A stretch of 64,000 nucleotides of DNA from Phycisphaerae bacterium (GCA_030432905.1 JAUILU010000002.1:136084-200083); one strand, 5' to 3'; positions 7,336 to 17,331 are shown, counted from the stretch's first letter. Made by a program: numbers and translations. Notes: generated by a model from the letters alone, not told the origin.

Positions 7336-9387
7336 ATGAACATCAAATCGATACTCGCCGCCACCTGCGGCCTGTCCGTGGGCATCACCGCCGGCGCTTC
7401 GGGCGCACCCATCGGTCCAGACAACATCAACGGCCCGGAAGACGTCGAGGTCATCTCACGCGACGTCCTCTTCGGCAACCCCGAACGCGCCAGCTTCCAG
7501 GCCAGCCCCGACGGCAAGTTCGTCAGCTGGCTCGCGCCAAAGGACGGCGTCCTCAACGTCTTCGTCGCGCCGATCGATAACATCGAAGCCGCCCTGTCTG
7601 TCACCAGCGACGACTACAGGGGCATCCGCCAGTACTTCTGGTCGGAGAACGGCACGCACATCATCTACATGCAAGACAAAGGCGGCGACGAGAACTTCCA
7701 CGCCTACTCCGTCAACCTCAAAACCAACGAGCGCATCGAGCTGACCCCGTTCGAGGGCGCCCGCGCACAGGTTCAGCAGACCAGCAAGAAGTTCCCAGAC
7801 CACATCCTCGTCGCGATCAACAACCGCAACCCGCAGCTCTTCGACATCCACAAAGTGGACATCACCACGGGCGACATGGAACTCGTCATCGAGAACAACG
7901 AGTACCTCGGCTTCACCACCGACGACAACTTCGACGTCCGGTTCGCAGCCAAGTACGACGCCGAGGGCTCGGTCGTCTACTTCAAGGTTGACGGCACAGC
8001 CATCGCCGAGGAGCCTTACCTGACCGTTCCGAACGAGGACTCGCTGACGACGCAGATCGTGGGCTTCAACGCCGAGGGCGACAAGCTTTACATCATCGAC
8101 AGCCGGACGGGCAACACCGCGGCGTTCTTCTCGCGCAACATGAACACGGGCCAGACCGACCTGCTCTTCGAGCACCCGCTGGCCGACGTCTCGGGCGTGA
8201 TCGCACACCCCGAGACCCAGGAGATCGAAGCCGTCGCGGCGAACTACCTCCGCACCGAGTGGCAGATCCTCGACACCGCGGTCGCCAACGACATCGATTT
8301 CCTCTCCACCGTGCGCGACGGCGAGGTGAACATCACAAGCCGCGTCGCCGACGACACGATCTGGACCGTCGCCTACACCCGCGACGACGGCCCCGTCGAG
8401 TACTACATCTACGACCGCGAGAACCAGAAGGCCCGGTACGTCTTCAGCAACCGCCCGAACCTCGAGGGGTTGCCGCTGGCCAAGATGCACCCGACCGTCA
8501 TCAAGAGCCGTGACAACCTCAGCCTTGTCAGCTACCTCACGCTCCCTTCGTGGACCGATACCGACGGCGACGCACGCCCGGACGAGGCGCTGCCGATGGT
8601 GCTGCTCGTTCACGGCGGGCCATGGGCGCGCGACCAGTGGGGCTACAACAGCTACCACCAGTGGCTCAGCAACCGGGGCTACGCAGTCCTGTCCGTCAAC
8701 TACCGCGGCTCGACGGGTTTCGGCAAAGACTTCATCAACGCGAGCAACTACGAGTGGGCGGGCAAGATGCACGACGACCTGCTCGATGCCGTGGACTGGG
8801 CGGTCGAAGAGGGCATCGCGGACGAGGACCGCGTCGCCATCATGGGCGGCAGCTACGGCGGGTACGCCACGCTCGTCGGGCTCACGTTCACACCCGAAGA
8901 GTTCGCCTGCGGCGTGGACATCGTCGGCCCGTCGAACCTCGTCACGCTACTCAACACCATCCCGCCCTATTGGAAGCCGGCGATGGAACTCTTCAACAAG
9001 CGCGTGGGCGACCTCTCGACCGAGGAAGGCCGGGCACTGCTCGAGTCGCGCAGCCCGCTCAACTTCATCGACAACATCCAGCGCCCGCTGCTGATCGCCC
9101 AGGGCGCCAACGACCCCCGCGTGAAGCAGTCCGAGGCGGACCAGATCGTCGAGGCGATGGTCGCCAAGGACATCCCGGTCAGCTACATCCTGTTCCCCGA
9201 CGAGGGCCACGGCTTCGCCCGCCCCGAGAACAGCACCGCCTTCAACGCGGCAGCCGAGGCGTTCCTCGCCCAGCACATCGGCGGGCGGTACCAGCCGATC
9301 GACGATGACTTTAAGGGTTCAACAATTCAGGTCCCGACCGGTGCCGAGGGCATCCCGGGCGTGAAGGATGCTCTCGGAGCAGAGTAG
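7336..9387 (+). CDS. S9 family serine peptidase (prolyl oligopeptidase / dipeptidyl aminopeptidase type)
   Basis: 683 aa. Signal peptide, N-terminal propeller-like part, catalytic GGSYGGY, DPRV and EGHGF motifs. Confidence 0.9.
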   Translation: MNIKSILAATCGLSVGITAGASGAPIGPDNINGPEDVEVISRDVLFGNPERASFQASPDGKFVSWLAPKDGVLNVFVAPIDNIEAALSVTSDDYRGIRQYFWSENGTHIIYMQDKGGDENFHAYSVNLKTNERIELTPFEGARAQVQQTSKKFPDHILVAINNRNPQLFDIHKVDITTGDMELVIENNEYLGFTTDDNFDVRFAAKYDAEGSVVYFKVDGTAIAEEPYLTVPNEDSLTTQIVGFNAEGDKLYIIDSRTGNTAAFFSRNMNTGQTDLLFEHPLADVSGVIAHPETQEIEAVAANYLRTEWQILDTAVANDIDFLSTVRDGEVNITSRVADDTIWTVAYTRDDGPVEYYIYDRENQKARYVFSNRPNLEGLPLAKMHPTVIKSRDNLSLVSYLTLPSWTDTDGDARPDEALPMVLLVHGGPWARDQWGYNSYHQWLSNRGYAVLSVNYRGSTGFGKDFINASNYEWAGKMHDDLLDAVDWAVEEGIADEDRVAIMGGSYGGYATLVGLTFTPEEFACGVDIVGPSNLVTLLNTIPPYWKPAMELFNKRVGDLSTEEGRALLESRSPLNFIDNIQRPLLIAQGANDPRVKQSEADQIVEAMVAKDIPVSYILFPDEGHGFARPENSTAFNAAAEAFLAQHIGGRYQPIDDDFKGSTIQVPTGAEGIPGVKDALGAE

Positions 9388-9443
9388 AGATTCAGAGATT
9401 TCATCCGGTCATGGGATGGAAGTAAGAGAGACAAACCAAGACC

Positions 9444-9480
9444 GGCCCGGCCTGCGGAAACGTGGGCCGGGCCTTTTTTT
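9444..9480 (+). terminator. Rho-independent terminator after the S9 peptidase gene
   Basis: GGCCCGGCC / GGCCGGGCC perfect 9-bp stem followed by TTTTTTT. Confidence 0.75.
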
Positions 9481-9498
9481 CAGCCCCTACACTCCTGC

Positions 9499-9798
9499 AT
9501 GCCAGAACCGCTCTCAGCCGACGAAGTCCGCACCATCGCGCAGATGGCCAAGCTCAGCCCGAGCGATGACCAGATCGAGTCGCTCCGCACCGAGCTGGCC
9601 TCGATGATGGCGCTCTCGTCGAAGCTCAAGGACGCGGACCTGGCGGACGTCGAGCCGATGACCAGCCCGGTCGAGTCATCCAACAGGCTCGCCGAGGACG
9701 AGCCGGGCCGGACGTTCAGCGCCGAGCAGGTCGCAAAGCTCGCGCCCGACTCCAAAGACGGCTCGATCCGCGTGCCCAAGGTTCTCGATCAGGACTGA
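9499..9798 (+). CDS. gatC: Asp-tRNA(Asn)/Glu-tRNA(Gln) amidotransferase subunit GatC
   Basis: 99 aa. EVRTIAQMAKLSPSDDQIESL...DVEPMTSP...R.DEP pattern typical of GatC. No gatA or gatB is adjacent. Confidence 0.85.
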   Translation: MPEPLSADEVRTIAQMAKLSPSDDQIESLRTELASMMALSSKLKDADLADVEPMTSPVESSNRLAEDEPGRTFSAEQVAKLAPDSKDGSIRVPKVLDQD

Positions 9799-9803
9799 CC
9801 CGC

Positions 9804-11429
9804 TTACACCAGCGTGACGAGCCAGACGATCATCAGGAAGATGGTCGAGTTGTGCAGCGCGTGCGCGGTCATGCACCCAACCAGCGAATCGCGCCACTCG
9901 CGCATGAACGCGAACGCCCACCCGAGCGTGATGATCGGCACAAGCATCAGCATGTCGTATTGGTGCAGGAACCCGAAGAGCACCGCGCTGAACAGGCCGC
10001 TGAAGATGAAGATGAACCGGCTGCGGAAGTGGCGGAAAAGCGCACCTCGCATGATGCACTCCTCGACCAGCGGCGCCCAGACCATCATCAGCGAACCCAG
10101 AACCGCGACCGTCACGAAGTCCGAACTCTCGATCAGCTCGATGATGGGGTTACTCATCGGGGCTTCGACAGCGGTCTCGCCGAACTCGTTCGATTCAAAC
10201 AACAGCGAGCGCATCGCGATCAAGACAAGCGAGACCGCGGCCGCAGCGAAGTACAGAGGTACGCACGCCAGGTACGTCAGCAGCCCGAACCAGATCTCCT
10301 TGAACACACCCTCGGGCGCGACCAGGCCCATGTCCCGGCGCCAGCGCCCGAGCGAGACGCCCCGCACCATCGGCCAGAAGATCGAGAGCACCACGAGCCA
10401 CTGCATGCCGTAGAGCACAGACTCGGGCAGCGTGCCGACGAGCGCATCCGTCGTGATCTGCAGAAGCATGAACATGCCCACGAACACCGCGAAGGTCTCG
10501 AGGTACACGCTCCCGCCGACCGCGGGCGGCTTGAACCGCATCTTCAGCTTGCCCATCGCCAGAAGAATGATGCCAGTGATCAAGAGCCCGAACCCGCCGA
10601 GCAGCGCGACGACGATGATCAAACCAAAGAGCACGAGGAACGCGAGCAGCCCGCCGCCCCCGCCGACAAGATCGCGCCGTTCTGGGTCGTCGTTGTTCTT
10701 GCCGTAGGTCAGCGCGAGCTTGCCGTGCCAGCCGTGGTGGTCGATGAGGCGCTGCCGTTCTTCGTCGGTGAGTTCGATGCCGTCGTAGATGTTGGCGATC
10801 AGGTGCGCATCCTCGTAGACCGCCCGCCGATATTCCGGTTCGAGCTGTTCGCTGTTCTCGGATAGATAGATGATCGTGTACGAGAGCCGGTCTTGCGCTT
10901 CTTCTTCGCTGACGACCTCGGCCGCCACGATCGCGCCGCGGAGCATCTCGTGCGGCGAGACGCTCATGTCGTCGATCGCGTCCATGTAGCCCGCGTCTTC
11001 AAGAGCCGTCGCGCCCTGGTTCTCGTCGATGTCCATCATCAGGTGGTGGAACTTCACCGTGAACCGCGAGAGCAGCCCGAACGTGTCGGCCCGGCCCGAG
11101 GGCACGATCTCCTGCGCACTCGCCTCGGCTTCCGCGGTCGCCTTGATGACCGAGCTCTGCTGGGTGAACACCACGAACGCCAACGCCGGGATCAGGAGCA
11201 ATAGCGTGATCCACCCGGCCTTGCGAGAGCCGGGGTCGGGCACGCGGTCCTCGGTGCCGGGCTTTAGGCGTCGGCCCCGGGCGGGGAGGTAGCCCTCGAT
11301 GTCGTCTGGGAGCTGGTCGTCCCGGACGATCGGCCGCTGATCGGGTTGGTAGGGGTCGTTGTATTCGTCCATGGCGGGTGTTTGGCTCCGGTTTGTCAGT
11401 CTAACCATCGGGCCTTGGGCCGGTGGCAA
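9804..11429 (-). CDS. CPBP family intramembrane glutamic endopeptidase (CAAX protease/Abi type) with a long N-terminal extension
   Basis: 541 aa. The C-terminal third carries VEECIMRGALF (EExxxR), FGFLH (FxxxH) and HALHN (HxxxN). Confidence 0.8.
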   Translation of the reverse strand: MPPAQGPMVRLTNRSQTPAMDEYNDPYQPDQRPIVRDDQLPDDIEGYLPARGRRLKPGTEDRVPDPGSRKAGWITLLLLIPALAFVVFTQQSSVIKATAEAEASAQEIVPSGRADTFGLLSRFTVKFHHLMMDIDENQGATALEDAGYMDAIDDMSVSPHEMLRGAIVAAEVVSEEEAQDRLSYTIIYLSENSEQLEPEYRRAVYEDAHLIANIYDGIELTDEERQRLIDHHGWHGKLALTYGKNNDDPERRDLVGGGGGLLAFLVLFGLIIVVALLGGFGLLITGIILLAMGKLKMRFKPPAVGGSVYLETFAVFVGMFMLLQITTDALVGTLPESVLYGMQWLVVLSIFWPMVRGVSLGRWRRDMGLVAPEGVFKEIWFGLLTYLACVPLYFAAAAVSLVLIAMRSLLFESNEFGETAVEAPMSNPIIELIESSDFVTVAVLGSLMMVWAPLVEECIMRGALFRHFRSRFIFIFSGLFSAVLFGFLHQYDMLMLVPIITLGWAFAFMREWRDSLVGCMTAHALHNSTIFLMIVWLVTLV

Positions 11430-11641
11430 TTGACACTCGCCGCGGGCGCTCTATGCTTTGGACCCGCAGAACCGGATGGTGGTCCGGATTCTGAGGGCTT
11501 GGAAGTCAAAAACATGGGAATCGGCTCTGAAAAGGCCCGTTTCCCCCGCCCCGCCCGGTAGGCGGCGAGATGAACGACCCTCGGCCGATGCGCGTTGATT
11601 CGCAGCGTGTCTCTGTCAAGGGCATCAAGAGGAGCGGCCCC

Positions 11642-12103
11642 ATGCGGACCGAACACGCAGCATCAGCCCGTCGGCGCGAGACGTATGTCGCCAAGGCCGG
11701 GCAGGTCGAGCGAAACTGGAAAATCGTTGACGCCGAGGGCGTTTCACTCGGTCGCCTCGCGTCCGACATCGCCGTCGTGCTCATGGGCAAGCACCGCCCC
11801 GAGTACACGCCGCACGTTGACACGGGCGACAACGTCATTGTCATCAACGCCTCAAAGGTCGGGCTCACCGGCAACAAGGCCGACGGCAAGCTCAAGTACC
11901 ACTACACGGGTTTCCCGGGCGGCCTCAAGGCCGAGACCTTCGGCCGCGTCCGCGACCGCAAGCCCGAGGCGCTCATCGAGGACGCCGTCCGAAGGATGCT
12001 CCCAAAGAGCCGCCTCGGCAGAGTCATGCTCAAGAAGCTCAAGGTCTTCCCCGGAGCCGAGCACCCGTACGAATCACAGCAACCAGAGACGATGAAGGTC
12101 TGA
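11642..12103 (+). CDS. rplM: 50S ribosomal protein L13
   Basis: WKIVDAEGVSLGRLAS.IA..LMGKHRPEYTPHVDTGD.VIVINA is diagnostic. The internal ATG at 11642 is preceded by AAGAGGAG. The track ORF starts at 11570. Confidence 0.9.
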   Translation: MRTEHAASARRRETYVAKAGQVERNWKIVDAEGVSLGRLASDIAVVLMGKHRPEYTPHVDTGDNVIVINASKVGLTGNKADGKLKYHYTGFPGGLKAETFGRVRDRKPEALIEDAVRRMLPKSRLGRVMLKKLKVFPGAEHPYESQQPETMKV

Positions 12104-12138
12104 TCATTTAGGTCCACACCAGACGCAAGCGAGAACAC

Positions 12139-12708
12139 ATGACCGACGAGAACACACAATCGACCGATCAGGCAGCCACCGGCGGCCTGAACCTTTCAGA
12201 AGCCATGCCCGGCGCCGAGCTGGGTGAGGTCCTCCTCGGCGGGCAAGCCGAGGACACATCAGAGCGCCGCATGCGCGAAGCCGTCCCAGCCGACAAGCAC
12301 GGCTGGTGGTGGGCCGTCGGACGACGCAAGAACGCCGTCGCCCGCGTCCGCATGAGGCTCGTCGCCGAGGGCTCCGGTTCGTTCAAGATCCAGAAGACCC
12401 GCAAGCTCTTCAAGGACATCGACACCTACTTCAGCGAGATCCAGGACCGCTCCGACGCGCTCGCACCGCTCAAGGTGACCGGCGTCGAGAACACCATGGA
12501 GATCGTCGTCCGCACCCACGGCGGCGGCCACACCGGGCAGGCACAGGCCATCCGCCTCGGCGTCGCACGCGCCCTCCGCGACTACGACCCGACACTCGAA
12601 GACAAGCTCCGCGAGCACGGCTTCCTCACTGTGGACGACCGACGCGTCGAACGCAAGAAGTACGGCCAGCCCGGTGCACGCAAGCGCTTCCAGTTCTCGA
12701 AGCGCTAA
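12139..12708 (+). CDS. rpsI: 30S ribosomal protein S9 (with an acidic N-terminal extension of about 55 aa)
   Basis: GRRKNAVARV...GGGHTGQAQAIRLGVARAL...RRVERKKYGQPGARKRFQFSKR. Confidence 0.9.
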   Translation: MTDENTQSTDQAATGGLNLSEAMPGAELGEVLLGGQAEDTSERRMREAVPADKHGWWWAVGRRKNAVARVRMRLVAEGSGSFKIQKTRKLFKDIDTYFSEIQDRSDALAPLKVTGVENTMEIVVRTHGGGHTGQAQAIRLGVARALRDYDPTLEDKLREHGFLTVDDRRVERKKYGQPGARKRFQFSKR

Positions 12709-12811
12709 ACAAGCACCGCCGCGGACGGACCTCGCGGCCTTCGACCCCGGACACCGCCCTGCGCCTCTGGCTCGGGCAACCAAGTCCGGTATGTATCGTC
12801 TCTCACCAGAC

Positions 12812-12842
12812 GCCCGGTTATCGCCGGGCTTCTGGCTTTTTT
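12812..12842 (+). terminator. probable Rho-independent terminator after rpsI
   Basis: GCCCGG ttatcg CCGGGC stem followed by cttctggctttttt. Confidence 0.5.
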
Positions 12843-12948
12843 AGGACCGCCCCTTCGGGTGTAATCCTCGCCGAGGGCTCGGGTTGAGGTACACTCCCGT
12901 AAGTAGCGGGAGCAACGCCGAAGATGCGCACACCACTGGAGATTATGG

Positions 12949-13377
12949 ATGGACAACGATCGTCGCGCAGCGCGGGATCGGGTGACGCCGGCGGCTCGCA
13001 GGCTCGAACTCCTGCAACAAAGAAGAACCTGGGGCGACAGGGACACATCACTTGCGCCCAGCCTGATCGAGATCAGAAAGCACCTGCAGAAACAGCTCGA
13101 CGCGATCGACCCGATGCAGCAGGCGTGGGACAGCGTGATCCCAGAGGAACTGGCAAGCCGAACACAGATCAGGCTCGACAAGGGCGTGCTCCGAGTCAGC
13201 GTGCAGGACAGCTCGATCCGCTTCGCACTCGACCGTTTGCTGCGCGCGGGCGCCCAGAACGAACTCGTCCGGCGGGCGCCCGTTCCAATCAGAAGCGTCA
13301 AGCTGGAAGCAAAGACTTCGCGGCGGCCGCGGGCTGGCGCCCGGGCTTCGACGACCCGCAGCACGAACGGCAGATAG
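12949..13377 (+). CDS. DUF721 / DciA-like protein
   Basis: 142 aa. W..V.P.ELA..T....L..GVLRV.V.DSS.RF.L......L and a basic tail fit DUF721 as I remember it. The overlapping frame 12924.. looks non-coding here (R/P/G/A-rich). Confidence 0.55.
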   Translation: MDNDRRAARDRVTPAARRLELLQQRRTWGDRDTSLAPSLIEIRKHLQKQLDAIDPMQQAWDSVIPEELASRTQIRLDKGVLRVSVQDSSIRFALDRLLRAGAQNELVRRAPVPIRSVKLEAKTSRRPRAGARASTTRSTNGR

Positions 13378-13379
13378 TC

Positions 13380-13805
13380 CAGACCCTCGAATCAACGCAC
13401 GCCATCTGCCCGAGGTGCGCGTTCGACCTCATCGGCCAAGAACGCCCCGACTGCCCCGAGTGCGCCACGCCGATCGACCCCGCCAAGCTCATCTTCCCCG
13501 ACGCGCCGCCAAAGCCCGGCTATCACGCACTGCTCACCTCGGCGATCGCGATGCAATGGATCGGCATCCTGCTCGCCTGCCTCGCGATGGAGTCGGCGCT
13601 CATCGCGGCCACGCTCGTCGCGGCTGTCATCTTCTCGGCGCAGCTGGCAACATCGTCGCGCCTGCTCGCGGTCGTCGGCGAACCCAAGCTCTGGCGCCAG
13701 ACCGATGCGATCCACCGCCGACCCCACTGGTACGCCGCGTTCGGCTCAGCCGCGTTCGGCATCGCCAGCATCGTCGGCGCGTTCCTGCTCTGGACGCTGA
13801 GCTAG
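13380..13805 (+). CDS. zinc-ribbon membrane protein; small relative of the 34-39 kb family by motif; start codon unresolved
   Basis: CPRCAFDLIGQERPDCPEC followed by hydrophobic helices. This is the 3' part of track ORF 12924..13805. I found no ATG/GTG/TTG in frame between 13200 and the zinc ribbon. Confidence 0.45.
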   Translation, partial: QTLESTHAICPRCAFDLIGQERPDCPECATPIDPAKLIFPDAPPKPGYHALLTSAIAMQWIGILLACLAMESALIAATLVAAVIFSAQLATSSRLLAVVGEPKLWRQTDAIHRRPHWYAAFGSAAFGIASIVGAFLLWTLS

Positions 13806-13884
13806 CGGCTCAGCCGCGCACCACGGTTCTCACGCATCGCAAAATCCGCTAGGCTGTCTTGGTATTCAACCAAGGAACCCCGCC

Positions 13885-15771
13885 ATGCGATCAATCTCTC
13901 TCTCGGCCACGCTTGTTGTCTCGCTCTGCACACTCACCGCGTGCGCCCAGCAGCGGGCCGACTCGTCGCTGCACATCGACGCGACCGACCTGCCGAGGCT
14001 CCTGCTCAACGCGACACAGACCATCCCGCTCGATTCGTCGCAACGCGGCTCAGACCTCGCGCTCTGGTACCCCAAGTGGGTCCCCGGGTCGCACGCGCCG
14101 GGCGGACCCGTCCACAACATCGCCGGCTTCTCGATCACCGATCAGGACGGCAACGAGGTCAAGTGGTCGCGCACGCCGGGCGAGGTCTACCGGTTCATCG
14201 CGCACGTCCCGAACTCGGCGACCGAACTCAACATCGACTTCCGCTACATCACCAACCAGTCCACCGCCAACAGCCACGGCCTCGACAGCTACGGCGCCGA
14301 CGCCATCGGGCTCATCAGCCCCAACACCGTCATCGTCTACCCCGAGGGCGTCAGCGACGGCGAGTGGACCGTCGAGACCAGCTTCTCGCTCCCCGAGGAT
14401 TGGAAGATCGCCTGCGCGCTCGACCCCGACGATGACGAAGCAACCGAGCACACCTACCAACCAGTCCCGATCCGCCGATTGATCGACACGCCTGTCATGG
14501 TCGGCAGGTACTACACCGAGTACAGCCTGAACGAAGAGGGCGTCGATGCGCCGCCGCACCGGCTGCATGTGTTTAGCGAGCTCGAATCGATGACAGACAT
14601 CGACGAGGGCGTGCTGCAGAACTACACGAATATGGTCACGCAGGCGGCGCACATGTTCGGCAGCCACCCCTACCCGTCGATGGACATCCTGCTCGCGACC
14701 ACCAACGCACTCTCGCGCAACGGGCTCGAGCACCTGCGCACCACGATGAACATCATCCCGCTCAACACGCTCGACTCCGTGGACAATCTCAACGGCTGGG
14801 ACCGGATGCTCATCCCGCACGAGTACGTCCACGCATGGTGCGGCAAGTACCGCAGGCCCGACGCCATGGCGACGACCGACTTCCACACCGCCAAGGGCAC
14901 CGAGCTGCTCTGGGTCTACGAGGGCCTTACACAGTACCTCGGCGAAGTCCTCGAAGCGCGCAGCGGCATGACCGATCTCGAAACCTACCGCTGGGACTTG
15001 CTCCGCAGATACCGCAGCGCCCGGCTCACGCAGGGCCGCGACTGGCGACCGCTCGCAGACACATGCTCGGCGAGCCACACCCTCCGCGGCGGCAGCAACA
15101 ACTGGGGCTCGATGCGCCGCGGTCAGGACTACTACTACGAGGGCTCGCTCATCTGGATGGAAGCCGACGCGATCATCCGCACCGAGTCCGAGGGCGAAAA
15201 GACGCTCGAAGACTTCTGCCACGCCTTCTTCTTCGCAGCAGAGCCGACCGACGAGCCGAACCCTTACACACGGCAGGACGTGATCGACCATCTGAACAAC
15301 GTCGTCGAGTACGACTGGGCGACGTTCATATCTGAGCGCGTCGATGAAACAACAGGCAAGCCCCTCGCCGGGGCGCAGGCGCTCGGGTACTCGGTCCAGT
15401 ACACCAACGAGCCGCCGCGTGGGCCTGGCGGGGGCCGGATCGACCCGCTCGATGCGCGCGACTCACTTGGCATGAGCCTGGGCGGCGACGGCACCATCCG
15501 CACCGTCATCCTCGGATCCCCTGCCGACAAAGCGGGGCTCGCGCCGCGCATGAGGATCATGGGCATCCAAGGCCACACTTGGAGCCGGCAACGGTTTGCG
15601 GACCTCATGTCGGGCTCGGCGGCCGCCGGCTCGATCGAGCTCATGACCGTCAGCGGCGACCGCATCCTGACCAGCACCATCACCTACGACGGCGGGCCCC
15701 GGTACATGACGCTCGTCCGCGACGAGTCCCGGCCCGATATCCTCGCCGAGATCATGAAGCCGATGAACTAA
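13885..15771 (+). CDS. M61 family metallopeptidase (glycyl aminopeptidase-like) with C-terminal PDZ domain
   Basis: 628 aa. Lipoprotein-like signal (LCTLTAC), HExxH as HEYVHAWCGKY, and a C-terminal PDZ-like segment (VILGSPADKAGLAPRMRIMGI). Confidence 0.8.
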   Translation: MRSISLSATLVVSLCTLTACAQQRADSSLHIDATDLPRLLLNATQTIPLDSSQRGSDLALWYPKWVPGSHAPGGPVHNIAGFSITDQDGNEVKWSRTPGEVYRFIAHVPNSATELNIDFRYITNQSTANSHGLDSYGADAIGLISPNTVIVYPEGVSDGEWTVETSFSLPEDWKIACALDPDDDEATEHTYQPVPIRRLIDTPVMVGRYYTEYSLNEEGVDAPPHRLHVFSELESMTDIDEGVLQNYTNMVTQAAHMFGSHPYPSMDILLATTNALSRNGLEHLRTTMNIIPLNTLDSVDNLNGWDRMLIPHEYVHAWCGKYRRPDAMATTDFHTAKGTELLWVYEGLTQYLGEVLEARSGMTDLETYRWDLLRRYRSARLTQGRDWRPLADTCSASHTLRGGSNNWGSMRRGQDYYYEGSLIWMEADAIIRTESEGEKTLEDFCHAFFFAAEPTDEPNPYTRQDVIDHLNNVVEYDWATFISERVDETTGKPLAGAQALGYSVQYTNEPPRGPGGGRIDPLDARDSLGMSLGGDGTIRTVILGSPADKAGLAPRMRIMGIQGHTWSRQRFADLMSGSAAAGSIELMTVSGDRILTSTITYDGGPRYMTLVRDESRPDILAEIMKPMN

Positions 15772-15861
15772 CCAAGCGTCCAGCGGGTTCACGCAGAGTT
15801 CTGGACCTCTCCCCTCGATTAGAGCCGGGAAAAATACCTACGGATTAGCCCGCCTGATTTC

Positions 15862-17319
15862 ATGCGCCCGTTCGCGGTGTCGATGAATGGTGTGAATATG
15901 CGTGCAACCACACCACAACCGGGCGATCTCTGCCTCAGCACCGAAGCCCCCCGTCGCCGAATCCGGGGCCGATTCGTTGCGGTGTCCGCCGTGGTTGTCT
16001 TATTCGGACTCGCACATGAGTTCATCCTCTTTATCAACAGCGAATCAACCAGCACAGCCATCACCGGCTCAGTGGCGCTGGTGGCGGGTATCGCGCTCAT
16101 GCTTTTGCTTGTGCGCTGGCTGTACAAAGACGCGGCACAAGAACTCGACTCCAGCTCGTCAAAGCTCGCCGAGTCGAACGAACAAGCAAGCGAGGCTGTC
16201 CGTGACAGCGACCGCTACATCGAATCACTGAGCCACGAGATCCGCACGCCGCTCGCGTCGATCATCGTCTGCTCCGACATGCTCGCCGAGTCAACGACCA
16301 ATAGCCTCGACCGCAAGCACATCAACACCATCAAACAGAACTGCCGCCACCTGCTCGGCCTGATCGACAACCTGCTCGACGTCACCAGCGCCACGGCCGG
16401 CGTCTCGGCGCCAACACTCAGCTGCGCCAGTGTCGCCGACGTCATCAACGAAGCCATCGATATCTCAAGGCCGCAGGCCGACGCCAAGGGCATCGAGCTC
16501 GGCTGCGAGTATCTGTGCGAACCCGGCGGTCACGTCGTCACCGACCCGCACCGACTCAGGCAGATCCTCGTCAACCTGCTCGGCAACGCCGTCCGCCACA
16601 CCGACAGCGGCTCCGTCCGCGTCGTGCTCGCCGAGGAAACCCAGCACCCCATCGACACCATCGCCATCAGTGTCACCGACACAGGCACCGGCATCGCCGA
16701 GTGCGACATCGGCCGAATCTTCGAGCCCCACTTCCAAGGCACCTCGTCGAAACGGGTCGGCTCGGCGGGCCTTGGCCTCTCGATCAGCACCGAGCTCGCC
16801 ATGCTCCTCGGCGGCTCGATCGACGTCGAGAGCAAAGTCGGCGTCGGCAGCACGTTTACGCTGCGCATCCCCAATCACCGCTCGCTTGTCTTCGTTCAGG
16901 ACAACGCGCCCGCTACAAATACCGCGCCGCTCTCAGGCCGAAACATCCTCATCGCAGAGGACGATCCGGACACTCGCGCACTCATGGAACACACACTCCG
17001 TCGCGCCGGCGCCGCGGTCGTTTGTGTCAGCACAGGCCAGCGGCTTGTCGATGCAATGGCGTCAACCGAGTTCATCCCCGACGTCGCGCTCGTTGATCTG
17101 AATCTCGATGCCAACGGCGTTGACGGCATCGCTGCCACCCGCACCATCCGCGCCCGCGGCAACACGACCCCGATCCTCGCCCTCACCGCGAGCACCGCCC
17201 CCGCCGACAAAGCCGCCTGCCAAGCCGCGGGCTTCGACGGCTACCTCACCAAACCGATCCAACCCGCCGACCTGATCCGCGCGTGCGCCCAACACACCCC
17301 GCGCACCAGAGCCGCGTGA
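15862..17319 (+). CDS. hybrid sensor histidine kinase / response regulator
   Basis: 485 aa. TM region, H-box SLSHEIRTPL, N/G boxes (LLGNAVRHT, DTGTGI, GLGLSIS), then a receiver domain (ILIAEDDPDTRAL...DLNLD...KP). Confidence 0.85.
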   Translation: MRPFAVSMNGVNMRATTPQPGDLCLSTEAPRRRIRGRFVAVSAVVVLFGLAHEFILFINSESTSTAITGSVALVAGIALMLLLVRWLYKDAAQELDSSSSKLAESNEQASEAVRDSDRYIESLSHEIRTPLASIIVCSDMLAESTTNSLDRKHINTIKQNCRHLLGLIDNLLDVTSATAGVSAPTLSCASVADVINEAIDISRPQADAKGIELGCEYLCEPGGHVVTDPHRLRQILVNLLGNAVRHTDSGSVRVVLAEETQHPIDTIAISVTDTGTGIAECDIGRIFEPHFQGTSSKRVGSAGLGLSISTELAMLLGGSIDVESKVGVGSTFTLRIPNHRSLVFVQDNAPATNTAPLSGRNILIAEDDPDTRALMEHTLRRAGAAVVCVSTGQRLVDAMASTEFIPDVALVDLNLDANGVDGIAATRTIRARGNTTPILALTASTAPADKAACQAAGFDGYLTKPIQPADLIRACAQHTPRTRAA

Positions 17320-17331
17320 GCCGAGCCGGCC

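Noticed and set aside
7456-8772. 438-aa minus-strand ORF
   Set aside because: Antisense to the S9 peptidase, which has clear catalytic motifs. V/D/A/G/R-rich nonsense.
12924-13379. N-terminal 150 codons of the 293-aa ORF 12924..13805
   Set aside because: R/P/G/A/Q-rich and without structure, while the overlapping frame 12949..13377 gives a DUF721-like protein. Only the 3' part (zinc ribbon plus TM) of the long ORF looks coding. See the related finding.
14050-15291. 413-aa minus-strand ORF
   Set aside because: Antisense to the M61 peptidase (HEYVHAW present in the plus frame). Shadow ORF.
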